Of a DNA stretch of 38,813 bases, positions 29,111 through 37,621 are shown in pieces. Source of the DNA: Calditrichaceae bacterium (lineage in GTDB: Bacteria; Calditrichota; Calditrichia; Calditrichales; JBFXGD01). The stretch is from assembly GCA_050173015.1 (NCBI GenBank), contig JBFXLE010000030.1:1-38813 (forward strand), given 5' to 3'. The notes under the pieces were generated by a model. The model worked only from the letters and a program-made list of their open reading frames with translations. It ran no database searches and was not told where the DNA came from. Every line of letters starts with the position of its first letter. Within the stretch, counting starts at the first letter, position 1. Position numbers and translations under genes: made by a program.

Positions 29111-29989
29111 CTAATACCCTCTGTTTATCAAATAATCACCAAATTCAATAATTTTTTTCCCTTTTCCCTTGAATACAGACATGGAAGCTTTTGCCGTTTT
29201 AATATAAGTTTTGGCGTATTTTTCAGCTTCCTTCATTCCGACAAGTCTGACAAAATTCATTTTATCTTTGTTCAGATCTTTTCCAACCAATTTTTCATCC
29301 CCTTTAACATCCAGGATATCGTCTGTTATCTGGAAAGCGAAACCGACATTTTCAGAGAATACTTTAATCGCGTCCAGTTGCTCTTCCGACGCGTGACCGA
29401 TAATCGCGGCAACTTCTCCCGCTGCCGTAAATAGTGCGGCTGTTTTTTTGGCATTTATAAATTCGATAATCTCATATTTAATATTTTTTCGCTTCAATTT
29501 AAGATCCACATACTGACCCGCCGCGAGCCCATTTATTCCAAATGAAGCGCCTAAAAGATTTGAAGCCCGATTCCGTTCATCCAGCCCCAGTCCCTGATCG
29601 CTCAAAACAAGCCTGTTTGCTTCCGAAATGAGCGCAATACTCGCGCACAATGCCACATCCTGCCCGAAAACGATATGATTTGCCGGTTTCCCACGTCTTA
29701 ATTCGGCATTATCCATATAGGGCAGATCATCCATAATCAGAGACGCCGCATGAATCATTTCAATGGCAACGGCGGTGGTAAGTAATTTCTCGGGTTTGAC
29801 ATCAAATATCTCGCCAACCAGAAAAGCAAAAAGCGCGCGCACCCGTTTTCCGTCATTTAGAGAATAATTAATGGATTTGTAAAGACCTTCCAGAAGCGGT
29901 TCTTCTTCTCCCCAGTAATTTTCAATTTTTTCATCAACCATGGATTTGAATATCTGGTACTCTGTTGAAAAATCATACTTCGGATCCAT
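29111..29989 (-). CDS. crtE: Polyprenyl diphosphate synthase, CrtE-like (probable GGPP synthase)
   Basis: GKRVR, EMIHAASLIMDDLPYMD...RRG (FARM with small A/S at -5/-4), GQYVD, KT, FQITDDILD. Confidence 0.75.
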   Translation of the reverse strand: MDPKYDFSTEYQIFKSMVDEKIENYWGEEEPLLEGLYKSINYSLNDGKRVRALFAFLVGEIFDVKPEKLLTTAVAIEMIHAASLIMDDLPYMDNAELRRGKPANHIVFGQDVALCASIALISEANRLVLSDQGLGLDERNRASNLLGASFGINGLAAGQYVDLKLKRKNIKYEIIEFINAKKTAALFTAAGEVAAIIGHASEEQLDAIKVFSENVGFAFQITDDILDVKGDEKLVGKDLNKDKMNFVRLVGMKEAEKYAKTYIKTAKASMSVFKGKGKKIIEFGDYLINRGY

Positions 29990-30083
29990 ACATTATCCTC
30001 ACATTTTTAAGATTTGATTGAAGAATTGTGTCCAATTTCCAGTCCGGGACATAGAATTTTGATAATCAACCTCGACAAGATTT

Positions 30084-31841
30084 TCATACCGTTGAAATCC
30101 GGCTATCCGGTTTCGTTTGTATTTGGTCTTTCAGTATCTTCTGTTCATCGATATGTTTTGTCGATTTGGATATATCCCAAATATATGGATTTTTATCTCT
30201 AAAGTAAAAATCAAGATGTCCTAAAATTCTCGCAAACAATTCTGTACATATCAAAAGAAACATAAAGACAAGATATTTTGGCCTGAAATCAAGATCTTTG
30301 CCGACATATTTCAGGATGTTGCCGGCTTTCATTGTCGAAACCGCATGACCCTTTATGGCTTTGAGATGCTTGTGTCCGGCAGCTATCCGTCGTCTTTGCT
30401 TGATAAAATCACGAAATGTTTCCGGCCCCTTGTTTTTGACTATCGCCTCCGGCGCGTATCTTTTTTCAAGACCAAGCTCATTAAAGAGCGCTTCTATCGT
30501 CGCTTCATCCACCGCCGTGTAGGTTGGTATTCTTGGTACGATATTTCTAAAAGCGATCATCTCACCGCATTTTGGATTATCAAGAGCCATCATGTGATGT
30601 AATTGCCATAGTTTTTGAACCGCAAAGGTGATAAAACCGTTACCTTTGTTTACGGGCAGAGGATGAGCTCCGGTAATCCCCACTTTGGGATCAAAAAATG
30701 GCCTTATCATATGCTCAACCGTCATGGGTTCGGTTATCGTATCAGCGCTTTCAATAATGGCGATATCACCCTTCGCGTACTTAAGGAATTTATTGATGGC
30801 CGAGGCTTTCCCCTGCCGCTGGCGTTCGACGATGAGTTTAACCCGTGTATCCTGAAGAGAGTATTTTTCAACAATTTCATTTGTTCGATCCGTTGACCCT
30901 GATGAAACTACAGTTAATTCTACTATTTCCCCGGATATTAATTCCTGATTAAGCAACGCGTTCAGACATTTTTTAATATTTAACTCTTCATTATAGGCCA
31001 TCACACCGATACTGACGGTAAATTTCTCCGGAATCGAAAATATCCCCGCGTTTTTAGGCTGAGGCGGATTTAAAAGCTCCTCATATTCATCAACAAATCG
31101 CCTGTAATCTTTTTTGATATACGTAATATGTCTGAACATTTCTGAGAATGGAGCATGATAGCTAAATATTTTTCTAAAAGTTACCCAGCGGTCCCGTGAA
31201 CTGATTTTTGACTCCGGGTTTTCGATATCCTTAAATATGATCGGGATCTCTTTGACATTTTTTTTAAGAAGAAACGCCAGGTAGATCATGTGAATCTGAA
31301 AAAGATAACCCTCCGCCGGGATCACGTTTAAATTCAATTTTTTAAGAAACGAAGCGGAATAGCTCCTATAACCGGTCGTAAAATCCCAAATTGGCTTTAC
31401 CATCACATATGATATGAACATATTAGCGAGTTTACTTTGCAGCAGTTTTCGGAACCGCCAGCCGTCGATTCTGATGCCCCTGAAATAACGGCTTCCGATA
31501 ACCAGATCATAGTATTTGGAAAATGAAAGGAATTTTTTGAGATATAAAGGAGAATGAGAAAGATCCGCATCCATAGTGATGATTGGATCATATTTTTCTT
31601 CAAGAGCCAGGCGGAATCCGTCCAATATGGCTCCTCCGACTCCCAGTTTACCGGGCCGGTGAATGACATGAATCTTTTGATACTTTTCTGACAGTCGATC
31701 GGCTATGTCACCGGTTCCGTCCGGCGAATTATCATCTACGATGATGATCGCGTATTTCTCATCGAAATAATGAATGGTCGCGATCAGCGTGGCGAGTTTT
31801 TCAGATTCATTATATGTCGGAATGACGATACAAGGATTCAA
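30084..31841 (-). CDS. Fusion of DPM1/Ppm1-like polyprenyl-phosphate glycosyltransferase and a second GT2 domain
   Basis: N-half: IPTYNE, VDDNSPDGT, HRPGKLG, MDADLSH, IGSRY, D.TTGYR, GY.FQ, EIPI.F. C-half: MAYNEE, SGSTDRT, GKASAIN, SADT, VDE, QRRR. TTG start with AAGGAG RBS. Confidence 0.88.
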   Translation of the reverse strand: MNPCIVIPTYNESEKLATLIATIHYFDEKYAIIIVDDNSPDGTGDIADRLSEKYQKIHVIHRPGKLGVGGAILDGFRLALEEKYDPIITMDADLSHSPLYLKKFLSFSKYYDLVIGSRYFRGIRIDGWRFRKLLQSKLANMFISYVMVKPIWDFTTGYRSYSASFLKKLNLNVIPAEGYLFQIHMIYLAFLLKKNVKEIPIIFKDIENPESKISSRDRWVTFRKIFSYHAPFSEMFRHITYIKKDYRRFVDEYEELLNPPQPKNAGIFSIPEKFTVSIGVMAYNEELNIKKCLNALLNQELISGEIVELTVVSSGSTDRTNEIVEKYSLQDTRVKLIVERQRQGKASAINKFLKYAKGDIAIIESADTITEPMTVEHMIRPFFDPKVGITGAHPLPVNKGNGFITFAVQKLWQLHHMMALDNPKCGEMIAFRNIVPRIPTYTAVDEATIEALFNELGLEKRYAPEAIVKNKGPETFRDFIKQRRRIAAGHKHLKAIKGHAVSTMKAGNILKYVGKDLDFRPKYLVFMFLLICTELFARILGHLDFYFRDKNPYIWDISKSTKHIDEQKILKDQIQTKPDSRISTV

Positions 31842-31881
31842 TGATTATACTCCTTGCAAGTTTATGATTAAACGTGATGAA

Positions 31882-32790
31882 CTACTCATCAAACTTTGGT
31901 ACAAATAATCCTTTCGCGAACCCCAGGGTCCATGGACCGAGCCCCAGAGCGAACACCAAAAAGGATGGAATGTGTTTCTTTAATATTGCCGGGTTGACTT
32001 TTGCAAAAACTGTAAATGTTCTGTAAAATTTTATTAACGGCAGCAATGGCAGACTTATAAGCGCTAAAAACTTTTTCCGCACCAAGCTCGATCCGTCAAG
32101 TTCAATTTTTTTTAGTAAACTGGAAGTAATATACCCGATATTTTTCTGATGTTTTAAAAAATAGACCAACCGATTTCTGTGAAAATGAAATATTTTTATC
32201 TCCGGATCAAAATATATTTTAAACCCGTTTTTAGTGAAATGATGATTAAAAAACAGATCTTCCTGCGGGTAATAATCGGCATTAAAACTTCCCGTTGTCA
32301 AAAATTTGTCCCGCCTGTAACTGATATTGCAGGTCGGAAGATGGCTACGGATCGAAGAAGGGTGTCCCGGGATAAATTCCCTGAATTCGGCTATATACCC
32401 CGCCCAGCCAACCACATCAGTTTCCGGATTCGCGGGGTAAATACTGCCCCCTACGGCATCATAATCTGAATTTTTATATGCGCCGGTAATCTTATTGATC
32501 CAATCCTTTCCGGCAATGCAATCAGAATCCAGGAACAATATGTATTCCCCATGGGACACATTAACTCCCATATTTCGGGCGGTTCCCGGATCAGTTTTTT
32601 TCTTACAGCTGATCAACTTAACATCGGGAAAACCGTCCGTTACGATTTGCCGTGTATTATCTGTTGAACTATCTACCACAGTGATTTCAAATTTTTTATC
32701 ATAGTCCTGTTTCATCAGACTAGTAAGACAGGCACTTATGGTATCAGCAGAATTATAGGACGGGATAACGACAGATACTTCAATATTCAT
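31882..32790 (-). CDS. GT2-family glycosyltransferase
   Basis: SVVIPSYN, VVDSSTD, ARNMG, FLDSDC, TCNIS, QED; C-terminal hydrophobic helices. Confidence 0.9.
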   Translation of the reverse strand: MNIEVSVVIPSYNSADTISACLTSLMKQDYDKKFEITVVDSSTDNTRQIVTDGFPDVKLISCKKKTDPGTARNMGVNVSHGEYILFLDSDCIAGKDWINKITGAYKNSDYDAVGGSIYPANPETDVVGWAGYIAEFREFIPGHPSSIRSHLPTCNISYRRDKFLTTGSFNADYYPQEDLFFNHHFTKNGFKIYFDPEIKIFHFHRNRLVYFLKHQKNIGYITSSLLKKIELDGSSLVRKKFLALISLPLLPLIKFYRTFTVFAKVNPAILKKHIPSFLVFALGLGPWTLGFAKGLFVPKFDE

Positions 32791-32934
32791 AATTATTTTA
32801 TTATAATGATTAAAATAAATCTTTGATTATTTAATCGTTTAGCGTGACTAGAATCAATAGTTGCTGTTTCCCCAACTATCTCAACACTCATCTATATTAA
32901 AATTGAAAAATTTCATTCAATATTGAGAATCATC

Positions 32935-33822
32935 TTACTCAGGCACAAAAATAAAATAGCGGTGGTGTCCCCATAAATTTTTTATGGGAAAGGGGCTTTT
33001 TTCCAGAATTGAGTATTTTAGTATATTATTTTCCATTTCCGGCTGAGTTCCGTTAAAATAATTCAGAATACAGAGTTCTTCCGATCGCTCATTTTTAGAT
33101 TTTTTATTGTTAAAAATAAAACCTAATCCTAATTTTCTGAATAACTCCTCTTTTTTCATAGGGATATCCGGCCAGGGCGGAATATCAAAATATCCTTCTT
33201 CACGGAGTTTCCAATCTTTTAACTTCAGAATCTTAATGATTCTGGCAGGCAAAATATGTTTGAGAAAAAAATTTTCTTTATTTTTTAAGCGAAAACCGAA
33301 TCTAAGCAGAAATCCGAGACCACTTCTGTTAGGAACTGAAATAAAAATCACTTTTTTCGTAATTCTTGTTAATTCAGTCAGGAACTTATCCAAGTCATCA
33401 ACAAACCACAAAGAAGCGAAATTCCATGAACAGTCGATCGATTTATCCCCAAATGACAAGGAGCTCAGACTATCCGTCAGTTGTAAATCCGCTTTCAGCG
33501 GAATATCACTCCAGACTTTTTTTATCTGATTTAAACGATCCGCATTTACATCAACGACGGTTGTTTCAACCCCCTGATTTGCCCACCATAAGCTGTTTAT
33601 CCCGGAGACACCGGTCATTCCGAAAGAGGGTACTTCGAGAATAGATTTTATGTCAAACTGCTTTTTAATTTTTCCAAAATATTTGTGAAGTATAAACCGT
33701 TCATAGGTTGTTCCCAACCCCTCATCATGATCAGAAAAATAACTTTCCCAATTGCCGACGATCGGCAATTTATTCATTAACCAGGAATCAATATCCTGCC
33801 TGATACTATTTTTAGATTGCAA
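32935..33822 (-). CDS. Putative class I SAM-dependent methyltransferase-like protein
   Basis: SILEVP..G..G, TVVD, L.F.D.S.D..WNF..L, L.E..RI.K..I.ISVPN pattern; TTG start directly abuts the upstream TGA. Confidence 0.6.
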   Translation of the reverse strand: MQSKNSIRQDIDSWLMNKLPIVGNWESYFSDHDEGLGTTYERFILHKYFGKIKKQFDIKSILEVPSFGMTGVSGINSLWWANQGVETTVVDVNADRLNQIKKVWSDIPLKADLQLTDSLSSLSFGDKSIDCSWNFASLWFVDDLDKFLTELTRITKKVIFISVPNRSGLGFLLRFGFRLKNKENFFLKHILPARIIKILKLKDWKLREEGYFDIPPWPDIPMKKEELFRKLGLGFIFNNKKSKNERSEELCILNYFNGTQPEMENNILKYSILEKSPFPIKNLWGHHRYFIFVPE

Positions 33823-34794
33823 TCAGATATCCCCGTTAGTGATCAGTGTTGCTATTTTTTCCAGTGTATCCACCGGCTTATAGTTAAAATCCTTTATAGT
33901 ATCATCAATCTGATAGTACCAATTTCTGCTTATGAGCTGCAGACTGACCAGCATGCCGTTCATTTTCATCGTCTGAAGTCCTTTTTCTCCTAAACGGAAA
34001 AACTTTTCCGGGGCCATTAACCATGAGGGATATACTGATTTATTTACTGACCGGTGAAAAATATTTACAAGATTCAGCAAATTTACAGCTCTTTTATCCG
34101 CAACAATGTATTTTTCTTTTGGTAAATTTTTTTCGATCGCCCTTCTGAACAACTCTGCTAATTTTTCCACCCAGATTAAATGGACAAGAACCGGCCGGTT
34201 CGGGATAATTAACTGATGGCGTTTAACCATATGCGATAATTTTGGTATAAATCCATCATCGTATAATCCGTATGTAACTGTGGGTTGAATGATCGTGGTA
34301 TTCAATCCGTATTCCTTTGCCTGAAGTACCCTTTTCTCCGCTTCCACTTTGCTTAAATGGTAACAATTATCTCCATGATAGTCACTTTCTGTCTTTGCCG
34401 GCAAAGTGGCGGGAATCGTTCCATAAACTCCTACGGAGCTGCAATAAACAAATCTTCTGACGTTATATTCAACGGATTTTGCAATCAGATTTTGTGTACC
34501 AACAACATTAATTCTGTGATATTCCCGCGGATCTGTTTTTGTCTGTCCTCTAATGGACGCCAAATGAATTACTGAATCAATATTATAGCTAAATAAGGTA
34601 TCCAGCAGCTGCTTATCATGAAAATCACCTTCTACAAACTTCATACCTTTTGAGATCAACTGTATGACTCTTCCCGATTGAAAAGCGCTTTTTCTTATCG
34701 GAGCTATAACATGATACCCTCGATCCAACAAATTAGATGCGGTATGAAAACCAATGAATCCACTGGCTCCTGTTAATAATACAGTCTGCCTCAT
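33823..34794 (-). CDS. NAD-dependent epimerase/dehydratase (extended SDR)
   Basis: LLTGASGFIG, VIHLAS, NVVGT, SSVGVYG, YHLSK. Confidence 0.9.
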   Translation of the reverse strand: MRQTVLLTGASGFIGFHTASNLLDRGYHVIAPIRKSAFQSGRVIQLISKGMKFVEGDFHDKQLLDTLFSYNIDSVIHLASIRGQTKTDPREYHRINVVGTQNLIAKSVEYNVRRFVYCSSVGVYGTIPATLPAKTESDYHGDNCYHLSKVEAEKRVLQAKEYGLNTTIIQPTVTYGLYDDGFIPKLSHMVKRHQLIIPNRPVLVHLIWVEKLAELFRRAIEKNLPKEKYIVADKRAVNLLNLVNIFHRSVNKSVYPSWLMAPEKFFRLGEKGLQTMKMNGMLVSLQLISRNWYYQIDDTIKDFNYKPVDTLEKIATLITNGDI

Positions 34795-34899
34795 ACGGTG
34801 ATCACTTTCGATTCATCCGGAACGCAACTCCCCGGCATTCTTCGCCTTTGTATGCGGAATTGAATAATTAATGCTTTATTTTTGAGAAATATTTCATTT

Positions 34900-35856
34900 T
34901 TACAAAGGTTCCATTCTGAGATATTCAGTTGCCGAAATTTTACGTTTGATATCATTAATTACGTTCTGCACCTGGTCCGGTTTTAATTCAAGTGCAGCCG
35001 CGATCTGCGTTACAGGGACATTTTGCTCCCAGCCGAACCAGATTCTATCCAGTATGTCAAACGGCAATCTAAAGAAAAATTCTTCCTGTGTTTGTTCCGC
35101 GCTGTAGGTATCAGTAGTCGGCGTTCTCGATTGAATTTCGATTGGAACTTCAAGATATTCAGCTAATTGAAAAACCTGTGTTTTAAATAAATGTGCTATA
35201 GGTTTACTATCGGCACCACCATCACCATACTTTACAAAAAAGCCCTGTTCGTGTTCATTTTTATTCCCTGTACCCATAACTGCCCAATTCTTTGCCTCTG
35301 CATGATAATATAACATGCTCATTCTGCTTCGCTGTTTAAAATTTGAAGCCGCGACAATCTGTAAATATTCTTTTATTGGCAGACGGGTCGTTTTTTCTGT
35401 ACCATCCGGCGCGATAATTTTTAGATGAAAAAGATTGAGAGTGTCTTTATTCAATATATCGGTGGACAAGGTAATTTTTGCTTTATATTCCTCAGTAAAT
35501 TCCGGAAAAACGCGTTTGATGGCTTCATCCCTTCTCCGGTAACAACCAAAACCGGCCAGCGCATCGGTCATATTTTCAATTTCATACTTTACACCGAATT
35601 TATTTGCCAGTTTTTTAGCCAATTCAAGGCTGTCAGGATTTGAATCATTTTCGGGCATCATGACGCCCAACACTTTTTCCGGCCCGAAAGCGCGCGCGCA
35701 TAATGCCATCACAACGGAGGAATCGATTCCACCGCTTATGCCGATCACAGCTCCGCGTTTTTTTAGTTTATGAAAAACATCGGTTTTGAGTTTTTCAATA
35801 ATAATTCCTGCTTCCTTTTCTGCATCTATATAAATAGATTCGCGGGAAAAATTCAT
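34900..35856 (-). CDS. NH3-dependent NAD+ synthetase-like protein (NadE paralog with central insertion)
   Basis: GISGGIDS, N.KQR.RM..LY, GTGNKNE...GFFVKYGDG, PIAHLFKTQV.QLA..L.VP, PTTD. Confidence 0.8.
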   Translation of the reverse strand: MNFSRESIYIDAEKEAGIIIEKLKTDVFHKLKKRGAVIGISGGIDSSVVMALCARAFGPEKVLGVMMPENDSNPDSLELAKKLANKFGVKYEIENMTDALAGFGCYRRRDEAIKRVFPEFTEEYKAKITLSTDILNKDTLNLFHLKIIAPDGTEKTTRLPIKEYLQIVAASNFKQRSRMSMLYYHAEAKNWAVMGTGNKNEHEQGFFVKYGDGGADSKPIAHLFKTQVFQLAEYLEVPIEIQSRTPTTDTYSAEQTQEEFFFRLPFDILDRIWFGWEQNVPVTQIAAALELKPDQVQNVINDIKRKISATEYLRMEPL

Positions 35857-35920
35857 ATTAACTCCTTTTGGTTTAATTTATCCGGATTCTTTCTTTATTA
35901 GCTTAAATATACCGATCATT

Positions 35921-37465
35921 TCACTTTATGGGCTCTAAAAGCCGAATTTGATATACCGGATGAAAAGGTGAATCATAAATCTGTATATAGCTGGTTCGGC
36001 TGTTTAATATTTTTGCCAGATAATCGGCAAATCGATCAATTTTTCTCATCTTATTTTCCCGTTCTTTAAGTTGACGCTCCGGTAAAATATTTTTGATAAT
36101 TGTAGCAGGCCAATCTGACCGATCAACAAAATAAACCGGCCTGTTTTCAAAAATTGATTTATCTTTTAATTTAACCGTGAAAAAGTCAACCAGATTTGCC
36201 GATAGATTAATCCAGAACTTATTTTTTAATTGTTTCATTTTTTTATCATATGTCTCATCATCAGGATCTAAAAACAAATTGGGACGGCCGGTCCGCAGGA
36301 AGTACTCATTCTCCTCTTGAGTATAATACCAAAAGGCCATTCCGAAATTGTATTCTGATATCATAATCCCGTCATCTTCATAGTCCTTGCTGAAATTGGT
36401 CATCACTTTTTCTAATTCAGCTGAATTTCTCAATTCTGGACCGATAAATATCTGGTATGATAAAAATCCATGCGCGCATAGAATAAAGATGATAAGAATT
36501 CCCCGGGATACTTCTCCCAGCTTTATAAGTTTTTTTGTACTGATTACACCGAATGCAATCATTAGACTAACCGGAATAAAAGTAATAATAAGATGATCTT
36601 CAGTAAGCAAACCTAAATTAAAAATATAAAGTGAGAAAGGTATTATAATGACAATTACCAAAAACAGAATTCTTTTATTGTTCCTATATAGATAAATAGC
36701 GCCGGGAATCGTAAATAATATTAAAAAATTAAATGATTTTATATACACTTTTGACAAACTTAAAAATATTTCCCTGAAGAGCGCGAAATAGGAGAAATTC
36801 GTAAAAAATACATCCGGTGAGAAAACGGCATCATCCACCATCTTTATAATTTTTGGCCATTTAATAATGACCAAAAACAGGAATATTATAATAACCGGCA
36901 GTAGAAAATAAAAAATCTCCCGACGCGATTTACCATGTATATAGATTAAATATATTATTGCCGGAAAAATTAGGCTTGATGTCGGTGTTATGCTCACAGC
37001 CACAAGAAACGCCAGACTGCTCAATACCGGCCGATTATAAACGGCCATCAAAATTGTTACGCACACCATGGCTAACTGGGGCACATATACTTCACCATGG
37101 ATTGAATAGTACCAAAGTCCCCCGGAGAATAGCAGTGTCAGAGATGTAATCAGGCTAATCTGATTGTTTCCTGACAGCTTTTTAATAAAAAGATAGCTAA
37201 ATATTACCGACAAACTGCCGGACAACGTAGACATCAGTCCGAGATTTTTCACAGGATCTGTATAAATTATACTTAATGCCGAATTAAATATATATCCTAT
37301 AAAATAATATCCCATGTGAAACAGAGGACCTTTAAGCTGAACCACACCCAGCGCGTAAAGGTAAGTGTCTCCGTTAGTGGGTATCGGGCTTTGAGTAATC
37401 CAGAATAAAATATATGAAAATAAAAACAATAATACAGGAATAAGATATGATTTTTGATGGATCAC
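35921..37465 (-). CDS. Polytopic membrane protein, probable GT-C glycosyltransferase (DUF2723/PMT-like)
   Basis: First TM followed by GD..LY and HMGY, then W.YS..GEVY; about ten or more hydrophobic segments and a soluble C-terminal domain; GTG start with GAGG upstream. Confidence 0.55.
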   Translation of the reverse strand: MIHQKSYLIPVLLFLFSYILFWITQSPIPTNGDTYLYALGVVQLKGPLFHMGYYFIGYIFNSALSIIYTDPVKNLGLMSTLSGSLSVIFSYLFIKKLSGNNQISLITSLTLLFSGGLWYYSIHGEVYVPQLAMVCVTILMAVYNRPVLSSLAFLVAVSITPTSSLIFPAIIYLIYIHGKSRREIFYFLLPVIIIFLFLVIIKWPKIIKMVDDAVFSPDVFFTNFSYFALFREIFLSLSKVYIKSFNFLILFTIPGAIYLYRNNKRILFLVIVIIIPFSLYIFNLGLLTEDHLIITFIPVSLMIAFGVISTKKLIKLGEVSRGILIIFILCAHGFLSYQIFIGPELRNSAELEKVMTNFSKDYEDDGIMISEYNFGMAFWYYTQEENEYFLRTGRPNLFLDPDDETYDKKMKQLKNKFWINLSANLVDFFTVKLKDKSIFENRPVYFVDRSDWPATIIKNILPERQLKERENKMRKIDRFADYLAKILNSRTSYIQIYDSPFHPVYQIRLLEPIK

Positions 37466-37560
37466 TTTTAAATTATCCGCGCCTCTTCATTTATCATTGT
37501 ATTCAAATACAAATCAGTGTTAAATGAGGATTTCTTTTGTAAAATTAGATTCGATCATTC

Positions 37561-37605
37561 AAAATTAAAAACGGGAGTCTGCGTCACATTAAAGGCAGAC
37601 TCCCG
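37561..37605 (-). terminator. Rho-independent terminator after the Ig-repeat gene
   Basis: Minus strand: CGGGAGTCTGC-12 nt-GCAGACTCCCG followed by TTTTTAATTTT. Confidence 0.8.
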
Positions 37606-37621
37606 GGAATTTATTACCGGA

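Noticed and set aside
27872-29989. Archaeal-type ether lipid pathway (GGPPS plus DGGGP synthase)
   Set aside because: No GGGP synthase, G1P dehydrogenase or CarS in the window, and the UbiA subfamily cannot be assigned by eye. Not excluded if those genes lie elsewhere.
22390-29989. Carotenoid cluster (crtE plus crtC)
   Set aside because: No phytoene synthase, desaturase or lycopene cyclase in the window
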